From assembly GCA_026026165.1 (NCBI GenBank), contig JAPEUD010000032.1, positions 124,001 to 188,000 of the forward strand: a DNA stretch of 64,000 nt. Direction: 5' to 3'. A model generated the notes under the pieces. That model was not told the origin of the DNA. It was given only the letters and a program-made list of their open reading frames with translations, and did no database searches. This document shows, one piece after another, positions 13,555 through 25,138 of this stretch (its first letter is position 1; each line of letters starts with the position of its first letter). A program made the position numbers and the translations under genes. This DNA comes from Sarea resinae (lineage: Eukaryota).

Positions 13555-14242
13555 ATTTTATCTATCTGATTCTGATCTGATTGATGTGTACGGCCTGATT
13601 TTTTTCATCCTATCGTCATCGTCATCGCTACTATCATCGTCTTGTCATCATCTCAGTCATCATCTCAGTCATCTCGTCGGGAGTCTTTACCTTTTCGATT
13701 CACAATGGGGGAAGGGGATGAATTTTGGAGGGGGTCTGGTGAGAATATATAGAAAAGTCGCTTTTCATACCTTTTCATACGTTTCGGTGTGCATTCGTCA
13801 TGGCGCGCGGCTCCAAACCCACGGCAGCCGTTGCGTCCAGGTGGTGGTGGTTCATGGGTGTGTGCATCTGTTATATTTTCTCCACTCTTAGGTAGCGGTT
13901 TTGACTCCAGATAGTATTCAGGGTCTACAGGACCGCAATTCGACTTTCACGTCGTCCACCGTAAACGAATATTGTAGAATTCGCGTTCTATGGCTAATCT
14001 ACCGATTTAAATACCACTTAGAAAGCCACTGATGCCCGTTCAACTCCAACAGATACGCGGGCACCGGGAGATGAGAGCAAGCAGATACCGACGAGCATGA
14101 TCTCATGTTGCGTTATCAGACCACCCCGCATACCTGCAGCTGTGGGGTATCTAAAGGCCCCGCATTCAATTGAACATTTTAGGGGTTCATATTCTGTTAA
14201 TTCCTCACTCGATACAGAAAGGTTCTCATCATCATCGGCATT

Positions 14243-16049
14243 ATGGTCGTGGGCTCCTTTCCCCTCGATGGTAAGACCGTCGTCATAACCGGCGGAGGGT
14301 CGGGTAAGTGCTCTACCAAAATCAAATGACGCAAATGCGCCCAATCCAGCCGTTTTTTTGAACCGCGAGATTTTTATGCTCATCTAGAAACTCATCTAAC
14401 TCTCTGCAAATCGCCAGGCATATGCTTCAGTTTCGCGCGTCAGGCCCATGCCGCCGGCGCAAAGATCATCATCGGCGACCTCAGACTAACACCCGAAGCC
14501 CAAGCTTTTCTGGACGAGCCCACCACCAAAGATGTCGTCTACAGCCCTTGCGACGTCACAAAATGGAACGATTTGCAGAATCTAGTGACGGTTGCCCAGA
14601 GAGAATTTGGACAGGTGCCGGACGTGTATGTCCCTGGAGCGGGGGTGTTCGATCCAGTACGATGTCTACTTTCCCACGGCCCCCATTGTTTATACTTCTC
14701 ATCTCAATCATTCTCGACACATGGGACCGCGGCTGATATCTGTATAACTATTCAAGCCATTCTCGAATTTCTGGGATGACCCCGAAACAGATGACCACTA
14801 CGCCCTACTCGACATCAACACCACGCACGTCATAAAATTGACTCGGCTTGCCATCCGGGCTCTCTTGTCGGCGGACAAGAAGGGCGTGGTTCTCATCACG
14901 GCATCTGTGGCGGGACTGTATCCGAACTATGTGTCCCCATTATATTGTGCGTCGAAGGCTGCTGCCGTGTCGTTTACGCGGTGTCTGAAGGAGGCCGATC
15001 GGCTGGAGGGTATCAGAGTCATGGCTGTCTGCCCGGGGTGAGTAGTCTTGTTAGCCTCTTGATCTCGCCAGGAAACGTCCAAGGGGGAAGAAAGAGGAAA
15101 GAGCCCTCTCGGGGTGAGGGTGCGGGGGGAGGGGGGGGGGAGAGCATGGCCACCTGAAAAAATGAATCCCCACCATCCTCTACTCATTTTTCTTGAAAGC
15201 TAACCCAACTCACTCACGCAGCCTGGTCACTACCCCCCTCTGGACATCCTCGCCCGAAAAGATGGCGCAATACTCGTTTGCCCAGGCAAACGTCCTGCCA
15301 CCTTCAGCTGTCGCGGCGCTGATGATCTCGATGATCGAGAACCTTCCCCAGTCCCCAACCCAAATTCAGAACGAGAGCAACGGCACATTCCCTTACAGCG
15401 GTGGCGACGTCGTGGAGATATCTCCCACGGGCACGAGGTGCGTCGACATTTGTGCTTGTGACTCAGCACCAACTCACCCAACTATATCTCCGTCCCTCTC
15501 TCGATACTCTTTTCCTCTCGCCCTCGCGTCCTGTGTCTCTGTTTGTCCCTCTTCATCACTGGTAAAAAAGACAAGCAGAAATTCTCCGAGTCCTCGAATT
15601 ACCGCACTCCTTTTCGCCTCTACCAGAACATAGTGTTGACGATAACACTAATATCACCGAACCCAAACAGGAAAATCCCAGCCACCCTCTCCTCGTCTTC
15701 GCCCCCACAGCCCTCACACGCACCGCTTCCATCTCCGACGCAGACTCCCACTCCGGCAGAACCATCCACCGGCACACCCCCATCGGAAGCCCCTCAGACC
15801 ACAGCAGCACCCACCGCAACGACGACCACAACAACAACCACAACGAAAAAAACCACCATCGCTTTCCCCCCTGAGCCCTCTGAAGCCAACCCCAACCTCG
15901 AAACAGATACCATAACCCCAGACCCAAGCGCAGCCACAAAGGCAACCAGAGCCTCAAGCACCGGAATCCCTACCTCTCTCCTCCTGAACGCCCTCAAGCC
16001 CATCCACGAGATCTTGGCACGGGAAAGGGGCAGCAGCGGCGTGTTTTGA
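14243..16049 (+). CDS. Short-chain dehydrogenase/reductase (15-hydroxyprostaglandin dehydrogenase-like); 5 exons
   Basis: GKTVVITGGGSGI Rossmann motif across intron 14304-14417; CDVT; PGAGV; catalytic S..YCASK; VCPGLVTTPLW. Further introns at ~14657-14756, 15038-15221 and 15438-15670. Confidence 0.88.
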
Positions 16050-16667
16050 ATATCTATGTCCCTCTTTGTCGCCGTCCGTTACTCGGTCTAACGTACTTGG
16101 TATCACTATCCACGACCAACCAAACCGCCCGCCCGACCGGCCTTCCTTGAAAGAAAGAAGCCTATACATCCCATCCCATCCTCTCCCAACACAAACCCTA
16201 ATCGTCACCATACGAAAGTCATACGCTTTAGCCAAGGACGCAACGTGACACCTCCGCCCCTACCAGAATCTGCCAGGATATCTCAAAAACAAGCCTAGAT
16301 TCTAGTCCCTTTTCAGATAACAGCTCTAAAGAAACAATCTACCATCTTTCCGATCTTCTAGTACTAGACTTTCGAACCCAAGGATCTTTGAACTATCATC
16401 TCAGGATATAAAGACTATGGTTGAATATATATCTTGTCGACTCAGAAGATAGACAGTGGAGCTCAAGATGTGATTTGTGATCTGTGACATGCTGAACCTC
16501 ATACACCACTCCTACTGCCTCTTAAATACAGACAATAGAAAACTCCTGCCCTTTTCTTCACTTTTCATCTCGGAAATGGGCTTGGTCTGCTTAGAATCTT
16601 ATATATCGCCTAGCGACAGACGCACCGCACCAAAAAAAAAAACAAAAGAAAAACCAAAAGAAGAGAA

Positions 16668-16692
16668 CCCCCCCCCCCCCCCCCCCCCCCCC
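16668..16692. repeat. Poly-C homopolymer (25 nt) after an A-rich tract
   Basis: Direct sequence reading. Confidence 0.9.
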
Positions 16693-17130
16693 TTCCCTTT
16701 CCTGAGAGGCGTTTCTTTCTTTGAATAGGTAGGATCGATAGCAGGGGTATTAAATTGAGCCGGGGAGGAGGGTGCTGTCTTTGGTCGACATGATTTGATT
16801 TGATTCGATTGAATCCTTTGGCCACCGACGGAGTAGTTAGTTCGAATCATCACCTTTCTGATTACCCGGCAACTACACGTATAGATGGTCAAATGCAGAG
16901 TAAGGGCTTCAGAACGATGATTTCAAGTGAAAGGGACAAGGCATGTTGTTGTATGTTGGTCATCTAATCTACTGGCTTATGCTGAGGAGCTGTGGACGCC
17001 CACCGCCGACTCGCGAGATTCAATCTCAGGGGAATCTCCCAAGTGGGGAAAGAGGGTGTCAACCCCAAGGCTCTCAGCATGATCAGGGGAAGAACGGAAA
17101 GTGAAATGAAAATGCGGCACCTCCCACCGC

Positions 17131-18090
17131 TCAGTCCCAGAGGATCAAGCTTCTCAAAGATTCCTCCCCTAGGCTTCGGCGATTCTTGACCGCCATGGCC
17201 CGAATCCGAGCCATCTCCCCCAGCTCCTCCAAAATCGGCTCTCGGCGCCCACTCGATGCACACCGAGAGTCCTCTCTGATGCTTGCCCAAATTGCATGCA
17301 CCTTGGAGTCCGCTGTGGTGCTTATAGTGGCATCCTTTCGGGGGATGGGTGCGTGCGGCAACTGTGGCTGCTGGAATTGCGCAGTGATGGGGATCTGCGG
17401 TGTGTGTCATTCTTGAAAGCGGGCGGCCAAGGTTGATACTTTTGTTGCGATGGTATCCTTCGGAACAATAGGGGCTTGCAATAACCGCAGCTTCTGAGAA
17501 CGTGCTGCAATAGTGGCGACTCGATTTACCATCGCACCCTTCTTCTGAGACACAGGGACCTGGCGTGTCGGTTGCTCTTGAAAGCGAGCGGCCAAGGTTG
17601 ACATTCTTGTAGCGCGGGCTTCCTTTGGAACGAAGGCGGCATGCGATAACCGTGGCTTCTGAAGTCGTGCTGCAATAGTGGCGATTTGATATGCTATTGC
17701 ACCCTTCTTCTGAGTCATAGGGGACCTGCAGCATCTGTTGTTCTTGAAAGCGGGCGGCTAAGATTTATACTTTTGTCGCAGTGGCATCCTTTGGAACAAT
17801 AGAGACGTGCAACAGGCGTGGCTTCGGAAATTGTGCAGCCAAAGTGACGACTTGATATGCTATTGCACCCTTCTTCTGAGTTATAGGGACCTGGGCTATC
17901 TGTCCTTTTGAAAGCGAGCGGTCAAGACTAATACTTTCGTTGTTGTAGTTGGGTCGTTCTTCGGCTTTCGCTCCTGAAATTGTGCTTTCGTAACGGTCGC
18001 TTCTGTAGCTATCGAGGGGAAGATGTTCTCCTTTCCCGGAGCTGGGATAGAGGATAGACCACAATAGTTCCGTCCCCTGAATGTAGACAT
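17131..18090 (-). pseudogene. Disrupted tandem-repeat protein gene (55-aa repeat units)
   Basis: ATG at 18090 (MSTFRG..GKENIFP). The repeat frame is interrupted by a -1 indel (~17905), TAA (~17765), a +1 indel (~17720) and TGA (~17407). Repeat translations differ mostly by conservative substitutions. Confidence 0.6.
17413..17950. repeat. Imperfect tandem repeat, ~165-bp unit, ~3.3 copies plus a degenerate partial copy at ~17320-17410
   Basis: Anchor TTGAAAGCG(A/G)GCGG at 17413, 17578, 17744 and 17908 (periods 165, 166, 164); GCACCCTTCTTCTGAG recurs in each unit. Confidence 0.95.
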
Positions 18091-18454
18091 TTTGCGATTT
18101 GAGAAGCGGAAAGGGTTGCTTTGATTGACGGAGAAAGCAAAGGATGATCGAAACCAATGAAGAATGGAGATAATGGCTAGTGTTAATCAAGAATGGAACT
18201 GATGCGTGATGGATAACAGCGAAATGCAACGGACGCGATAGACTGCTGCATTTAGAAATGATGTTGTCGCTCCTGATTCCGGGCCACAAGCAACGGTGGA
18301 AGGAGCGAGTGTCGCTCTTGCTGACCCTCCTGACAGTAGGAGAGAACTACACTCCGTTGCGCCTTCCAGGTTCGGAAATCCACATTGAAATACATTGCGC
18401 TCATCGATCTCCGAATGAGCAAAGTTCAAATCGTTGCTAAGTGACAAGGTGCAT

Positions 18455-19705
18455 CTAATGAGCCGCGCGATGCTCAACACTTCGGATGAGGTTCTCCTTT
18501 ACGGTTTCGATTGATTCATTGTCCATATTTAGAAATCGTATCTTCGGCATTTCCGTTAGCACAGTGACACGCCAGCACTCGAGATATACGTACTAAATCA
18601 TCTCTACTTCCATTATTGCCATACAAGGAGGGCTCGCTGAGACTCGCTTCGACTCCCTTTTTGACTCTCAGCTCCCACACTCCTTCCCAATTCCACTCCC
18701 CAGGTCGCCGAGCCCTCCCGACTGATGTTCCAACGGCCAGACGTTGGTAGCCAGTAGGGGCCGTCTCATCCTTTTCTGCAACGGGCTCAGCGTCCATCGA
18801 CGATCGCGAAGACGAAGACGGGGAGCCGGGACTTTTGAGGCGTCTATACGCGCGCCACGCATGCCAGGCTCCCGGATTACCCGCAGCCTCAAGTGGAACT
18901 GAATCTAGAACAGCCTCAGTGTCAAAGGATGATCGCATGTACCTCAGGACTTCGATTGTAGATATTTGACAGGGATCCCTGTCTGACGGCGGGGCAGCTT
19001 TTTGTAAGCTAGCAGCTGCAGATATCTGTGCAGTGTGGTCGATCCCCAAGGGGGAATGAGATGCAATAGGAGTACCCGCCGAATTCGGCAAAGGTGTGTC
19101 CGGCTTTTCGGTTCGGTCTGGAGCATTTGAACCACTCACGTTCCGCGAGGGGGTGGCAGACGGAACAGCACTCTTTCGAGCCCTACCGAACCATTGCGGA
19201 AACCCATGCCGTAGACTAAATCCTCCGGGTGGTAAGCGCTCTTCATCTGTCGCGCTCACTGTCTCCGTTTCCGATGACCCGGTGGTATAGGTATAAGTCG
19301 TCAATGGTGTAAGCAACGGATGAAATATATCAGTATTGAAGATTATTAGAGGTGGAAGCGAAGGGTATGCCGAAGGAAACGATATCTGGAAACGCAGGAT
19401 CGCAGGAGCATAGGGACCTTTTAAGATCAATTAGCAAATCCGATACACGATCGCTGCGAGTAAGAGAAGCCGGACACACCTTTTCGTACGAACAGAACTC
19501 CGGACCAAACAGCAGAGTCCCCCGGAGTGAGAGACACATAGACACCTTGAGGGCAAGCATGTTTGAGGCTCGCACTTCAAGGCCAGCACAGTCAGCACTC
19601 TCCAGATTCTGGACAAAGGTGAAGAAACGATTGATGACCATACAATTCGACGAGAAGCTGTTGCTTGCGAACAGAAGGCAAATCGAGTATTCGAGTGGAA
19701 GGCAT
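18455..19705 (-). CDS. Ubiquitin-conjugating enzyme variant, AKTIP/FTS (Fused Toes)-like; 4 exons
   Basis: QQLLVEFASLKHACPQGVYVSLTPGDSAVWSGVLFVRKGPYAPAILRFQISFPSAYPSLPPLIIFNTDIFHPL is a UBC fold with HPL instead of HPN and no catalytic Cys. The last exon, IRFLNMD..HRAAH*, ends at 18455. Confidence 0.8.
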
Positions 19706-19954
19706 CTTGCTCTGTCATCTCACTTTGGCCCGACTTCTCCAGCTGATGTTTGGAAGTTGGTCGGTCATTACCATCGGTACGGCACGGTAAGCGAAGAAGC
19801 CAATTCAGGGTCCCAGACAGAGGTCCGTGGGGTCCTCGGTATGTCGCTGCATCAGAGACCGAGCCGTGCGCGCCTTTAACCTAACCCGATTCCATCCACC
19901 CTGACAGAGTTTATGCACGGAAGACAGGGCTTGCAGATGAATGAGATCAAGACG

Positions 19955-20185
19955 TGCAGGTGTGCAGGTGGAGGTGGAGGTGGAGGTGTAGATGGAAGTG
20001 TAGATGGAGGTGTAGGTGAAGGTGCAGGCGGTTGATGGCTCAGATGTGGGAAATGGTGAGGTGGTGAGGTGGTGAGGTGGTGAGGTGGTGAGGTATTGAT
20101 CGTTTTCCGACTGCAGACGTCGAGACAACCCGACCTGACTGATGTCGCCCATCATTGAACCGAGCTCAGACGGCCGAGGGGCTCT

Positions 20186-20224
<39 letters not shown>

Positions 20225-20225
20225 T
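19955..20225. repeat. Cluster of short tandem repeats: (GGTGGA/GGTGTA)n, (GGTGAGGT)n, (CTCAGG)n
   Basis: Direct sequence reading; explains the spurious EPEPEP ORF 19805-20230. Confidence 0.85.
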
Positions 20226-23200
20226 GTCACCTACCTTAGGTACCTTACCTTGAGGTAGGTAGGTGGGCGGGAGCCCGAGGTAGACAGATAGATCCCAAGT
20301 TGTGAGTCGTGAGCTCACATTGTCCTGCTCTGACCTGCGAGATCTCTCGCCGCTCGGTTGCCAATTGTGACCGATGATGGTTCGCAATCGAAGGCCGCCA
20401 GCTCAGTTCACTCTTCTTTCAGATACGGTGGTGAAGTTCGGATGGCATCGTAAGTGATAGATCAGGCTGTGAGCATTTATGAACGCAGGAGAGCTTGATA
20501 TCCACGATTTCAGCCGGAAAGGCCCCGAGTACGGGCAATATCGATTCTGCAATCCTTCATCAATCAATCTCGATCACGTTGAACTTTGGAGACTCCTACG
20601 TAGCGGAGCGATCAAGGTCTATTGATTTCCCACATCAGGCTCTCAAGCAACTGGACCCAGCACGTGTAACAGAAAGGTCTGGGCGTGCAAATCTTGATGA
20701 AATCACTCTCAACAAACACGAGGTAAGTACGAGACTGAGAAGAGGGTGCTCAATCTCAAACAATCAATTCGAAGTGATTCAATCTACATAGTAGTGGCCA
20801 TTGATTCTGTACCAACAACCAACCGTAAGCTACTAGGTAGTAGGTGTGACGATGGTAGTATCAAATATGATCCCACTCCAGGCGACCACGCCTTCACCGC
20901 TGTAGCTTCCAGCTGCAATCCAATATAATCGAGTCAAGTTTGACATCTTCTGTTCGCACTCTGAGTCGAATGAATATCAAACACGAAGGACCGAGTACTC
21001 TGTACCTACCTTACCTAGCAGGTAGCCATTCTAGTGCTACTCGGCTAGGACTCTGGCTGTAACGTCAGCCAAGCTTCGAGAATCCAGACTCCGAAAACAA
21101 GATTGCTAGAATAGGGAGGCCGATGAAGATCCATCACGAACCACGAATCAAATGGAATTCAATGATCATAGATCAAGAGTCCACGTTCGGCACGTGCTTC
21201 CAGGATGAGAAGTGTCTTCCAGTGGCCGTCCTGCGTACAGGGTATCTCGGATCCTCGGCTAGGGCAAGCATTCTTGTGATTGCCCTTTCGGGCCATGTTG
21301 CACTTCCATCAAGCCATGCGTGCTCTATTCAATCTTGATAGTTTGACGGCTTTCTGGAAACGAGCGATCAAGTCCCGTCCTCCCCTTCATTCCCAAGGAA
21401 CGGGGCCTCCCTTATTTTCCAAAAGTTGACGCGTCATAAATTGCGCAGTCACACAAAGAAATGTATTCGCTGGGACGGTCCCCCGATCAGCGGTGAGAAG
21501 GTCTGGTTCTACAGTAAGGCTGCTGCGGAGGGAGAGCAACGTCAGATTAACATTGCCATCCAGACGTGGCATCCGTTCAGCCCATGGTTCATTGTGTCGG
21601 GTTCAGTCCAGCAAAGCTTCGTGGCAGGCGAGTCGCGACTTCAGGTTACGCAGACTGCTTGGCTTTACATCCATGATATCCACAGGCGCGGCAGGCGAAA
21701 GCGAAAGAGCCTTGTCGCGGATATCGTCGGGGGCCGGGAAATATAGATCATCGGGTTGGCATTGCCCTCAATCAAAGGATGGAGCCCATTGGTATCATCG
21801 GCGGGATAGTCATAACATGCACGATATTGGCCAAGGTAATATAAGCCGACATTGTGCCGGCCTTGGGTACGCTCTACGGCCATGCTTCAACGCCGAAGAG
21901 CAACTGTGGACTAAGGCGATTTTTTGTGAAACAATGCAATGCACAGTAATATTCGGCCACATCACCAAAACCGAGACTCATGACCTCTTTGTTGTTTCCG
22001 TCGCGGATGGTCGCGAGATGGCCAGATTGATAGTGGACCAAATGGGTTGGTGGGGGCCACGGGAGCGGAGCAGGTTGAGATGAGCAGCTGGGCGCCTGGG
22101 TACGGGCAGCCAACATTGCTTTTTCCGCTCATGACGTCTCTACTTAGTTTTCGAGACGTCGTCGATCGGTGCATGAAACGACAAGGGGCCATGAGGACCG
22201 TGAGGGCGATGAGGACCGTGAGGACCGGGCGCAATGCTTCTCAGAGATTCCTCGGACGAACCTTGGGGCCGGGAAGGTACCTACCAGGTATGTAGGTAAG
22301 GTAAGGTAGGCGGTGATGCACCCGGGCTGTTGCAGCCTTGGGCCAGCGGATTCCGGTAAGGCAGTCAAGTTAGTTCGAAGTCGGCCAGGCAGAGACGTTA
22401 GTGTAAGGTACCTGTGCCTGCCGCAGTAGTACACAGTACCCTACGCTGTAGGGTACGAGTACTCCGGAGTACATACTCGGAGTAGGTACGCAGTAGAGTA
22501 GCTGGAGAGTAGAGTCGAGTAAGGTAGAGTACTTCCGTTCCGGAGTCGTAGAGCACGAAGAGTGCATACCTACCTCCTAAGGTACCTTACCTACTCCACA
22601 GGTAGGTACTACATAGGTCGGTAGCTTCAGACTTCCATTGCCCTAAGCCACTGCTGGAAGGATAATCATTCGTGATCTGGATCCCTGCCTCCAGCTGATG
22701 GTCGCTCAGGTCAGGCCCGAGGGCCCCCTGAGCATGGCGGCGGTACGCATACTCTACTGTATGCATACTGTATCAATCCAAGATGTACTTTGTACTTCGT
22801 TCTTACCTGAGGCTACGAGTACAGTACTCTGCCTGTCCAACTAATGCGTGGCGGCTCGATGCAAGATTTTGTGCTTCGCGCATTGCTCCAACAAGGGCAA
22901 GGGCCGCAGGGACCGCCTTACTGGCCGTGGCCCAATCGCGTCCTCACCGGCTCACCGCACATAATGTGCGTTAGTCGTACGTTAGCAATAAAACATCGAC
23001 GGGAATCTCTACCGGCAGTCGAGGTACCCTCCCGCCCGGCCCAGCGCCCAATGTACGCCGTCTACGTGTATCGCGGTACCCAGATCTTTTTCATCTTGCC
23101 GCAACCCTGAAACTCGAATCGATCCTCTACTTCCTATTGGCGTGATCGCCCCTCACTAGACCGGGTTGACCGTCTCGACTCTCGTTTTCTGTCTCTTCTG

Positions 23201-25138
23201 TCCCGGGCCCTTGAAACGCCCATCTCCAGACCGACCAGGGTGGGAAAAAAGACGACGAGAAATGATGAGAGATGCGAAATGAGAGATGAGAGATGAGAGC
23301 AGCGAGCACGAGAGCGCGACAGCGAACGCGAAGGACATGACGGCAGCCCGCTCGGCTCTTCCTGGAGACCACTCCTCCCATCACTCTACTACGTAGTAGT
23401 CCCGTCTCAATTATTACTCAGAGGAGGGCTTCGTATATATCCGTACCCTATCATCATTTGCGGTGGTCGCACCCCCCCGTTTGATTTCTCCCCCTCCAGG
23501 GCCCCCCCTCCCTCCCTTGCCCTTCCACCCTTCCACCCCCTTCCAACCATGCCACCCCCCGGGATTACACTGGACTGCGCCGTTCGTTGTCGTCTTTTCT
23601 GCCCTTCAGACTCCGGTATTTCAGCCGTTGCCGCAGAACTAGCGATTGGTACCTTCCACCAGTCAGGGTCGCTTCTCGACTACTTACCTTGCCGGGCAAG
23701 GGCATCCTCCAGAGGGAGCCTACGCTGTACCGTGAATCCTGCTAGAGTAAGATCCGCGACCAAGTTGTCGGACCAGAGATGGTCACGGGAGACGCCATTG
23801 ATTTTTGTTCATTCTTCATCCAGAGCCAGAGGCCAGTCCGAGACCGCCACACCGCCTTTTGACGGCGTCGCAGGGTGAGCTTGTTCCGTCCGTGTTGTCG
23901 AGCTGGGCTGTGTCAAGCTGTGCCAGCCTGAGTGTCCCCAATGTTCCCAGTGTTCCCAATGTTCCCAATGCTCCCAATGTGAGATTGCAGCCCCGACATC
24001 ACGGAACCCGTTACGCCGAGGTAACGGTCGATGTGCACTGGCACCAATGACCTCCGCGTCGCATGGGCCGGAGACCAGCGAGAATGCCGTTGGGGTCCCG
24101 TAGTGATACCCTCATACCTTACACCTCACCCATCAAATACGAACGACAACACCGCCCTTGGGCGTCGGTCGGTATGATCAGGCGACGGTTGCCTGCTGGC
24201 ACATCGTCTCCCGAGGCCAGAGGCACTCACTCCCTGAGGCAGTACGAAGTACTCCGTAAGCAGCGCGCGAGGAAATAGGCAATCTCATTAGTAGGCAATC
24301 GTCAATGCTTCCCGCAAGGCTCCCGGAGCCTGCCAAGCCCAGACACACCGTTCTTGGGGATCGGGACTCCGAGGACTGCAAGTCCCGCCGTTCCCCGTGC
24401 CATTAGGATTGCCTCTATTGTCCCCCCATACTGGAGATCTCCACTCTCTCGACACCTAGGCGGTCCCGGTCCGACCTCCCGGGAAAAGAGCCGGCGCGAG
24501 CTGTCGGTACCCTAAACTTTGTCGAGCAACCAGCTAAAGCCGAGACCAGCATAGATCATCGATGACATAGACATCGGTTCAGGGGTTTGCATGCAGAAAC
24601 CGTCCCTTTGGTTCCGTCCGCGTTTCTTGGGATTATTCCCCCGGTGGCCCTGCCCATTGGCCCAGCGACCCTAGGGACTCTCGATTCCACCCTCTTGTCG
24701 TGTTTGCCAGATGAAGATGCGCAGAGTGGACCGGGGAGGCCACGCCCTGCTCCTGGTCGCTTATCGACAGCGGTGAGATGAGATGTGACCTGGCAATATG
24801 TAAGTGTGAGCAAATATGAGCGCAAGCTGCGACGTGCAAATTGTGCGTCCGCTATCCATGCCAGGGACATTGGATCATTGATTTCTGCCCCGTCCCGCTG
24901 GCGAGTTCCCTTTAAAGTCCTCGGGCCTCTTCACCAAAGCTTTCATTCTTTTCCCCCTTCTTCAGTCCCTCATCTCTCCGCCTTCATCTGCTCTAGTAAG
25001 GATAAAGAATTTACTGCAAGGACGTCACACGCAACCTTCTTCAGTGAGGAAGACATCCGTCACATACAACGTAAGCCAGGACCTCATCTACGGGTATCAA
25101 TTGGCGCTTGCCATTCACCAATCCGAGCCATCTCGAAG

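Noticed and set aside
16964..17734. 256-aa Cys-rich ORF as the true product of the repeat locus
   Set aside because: The alternative frame shows more conservative substitutions and an internal half-repeat motif. Considered less likely but not excluded.
17896..17910. TAG stop rescued by A-to-I editing in the repeat gene
   Set aside because: Readthrough meets TAA five codons later, and the indels would remain.
17413..17950. Possible CRISPR-like array
   Set aside because: Units are similar along their whole length with no unique spacers, the context is eukaryotic and there are no cas genes.
20495..24870. Many 60-200 aa ORFs in the FTS-MFS intergenic region
   Set aside because: No domain motifs, no consistent splice structure and mostly non-ATG starts.
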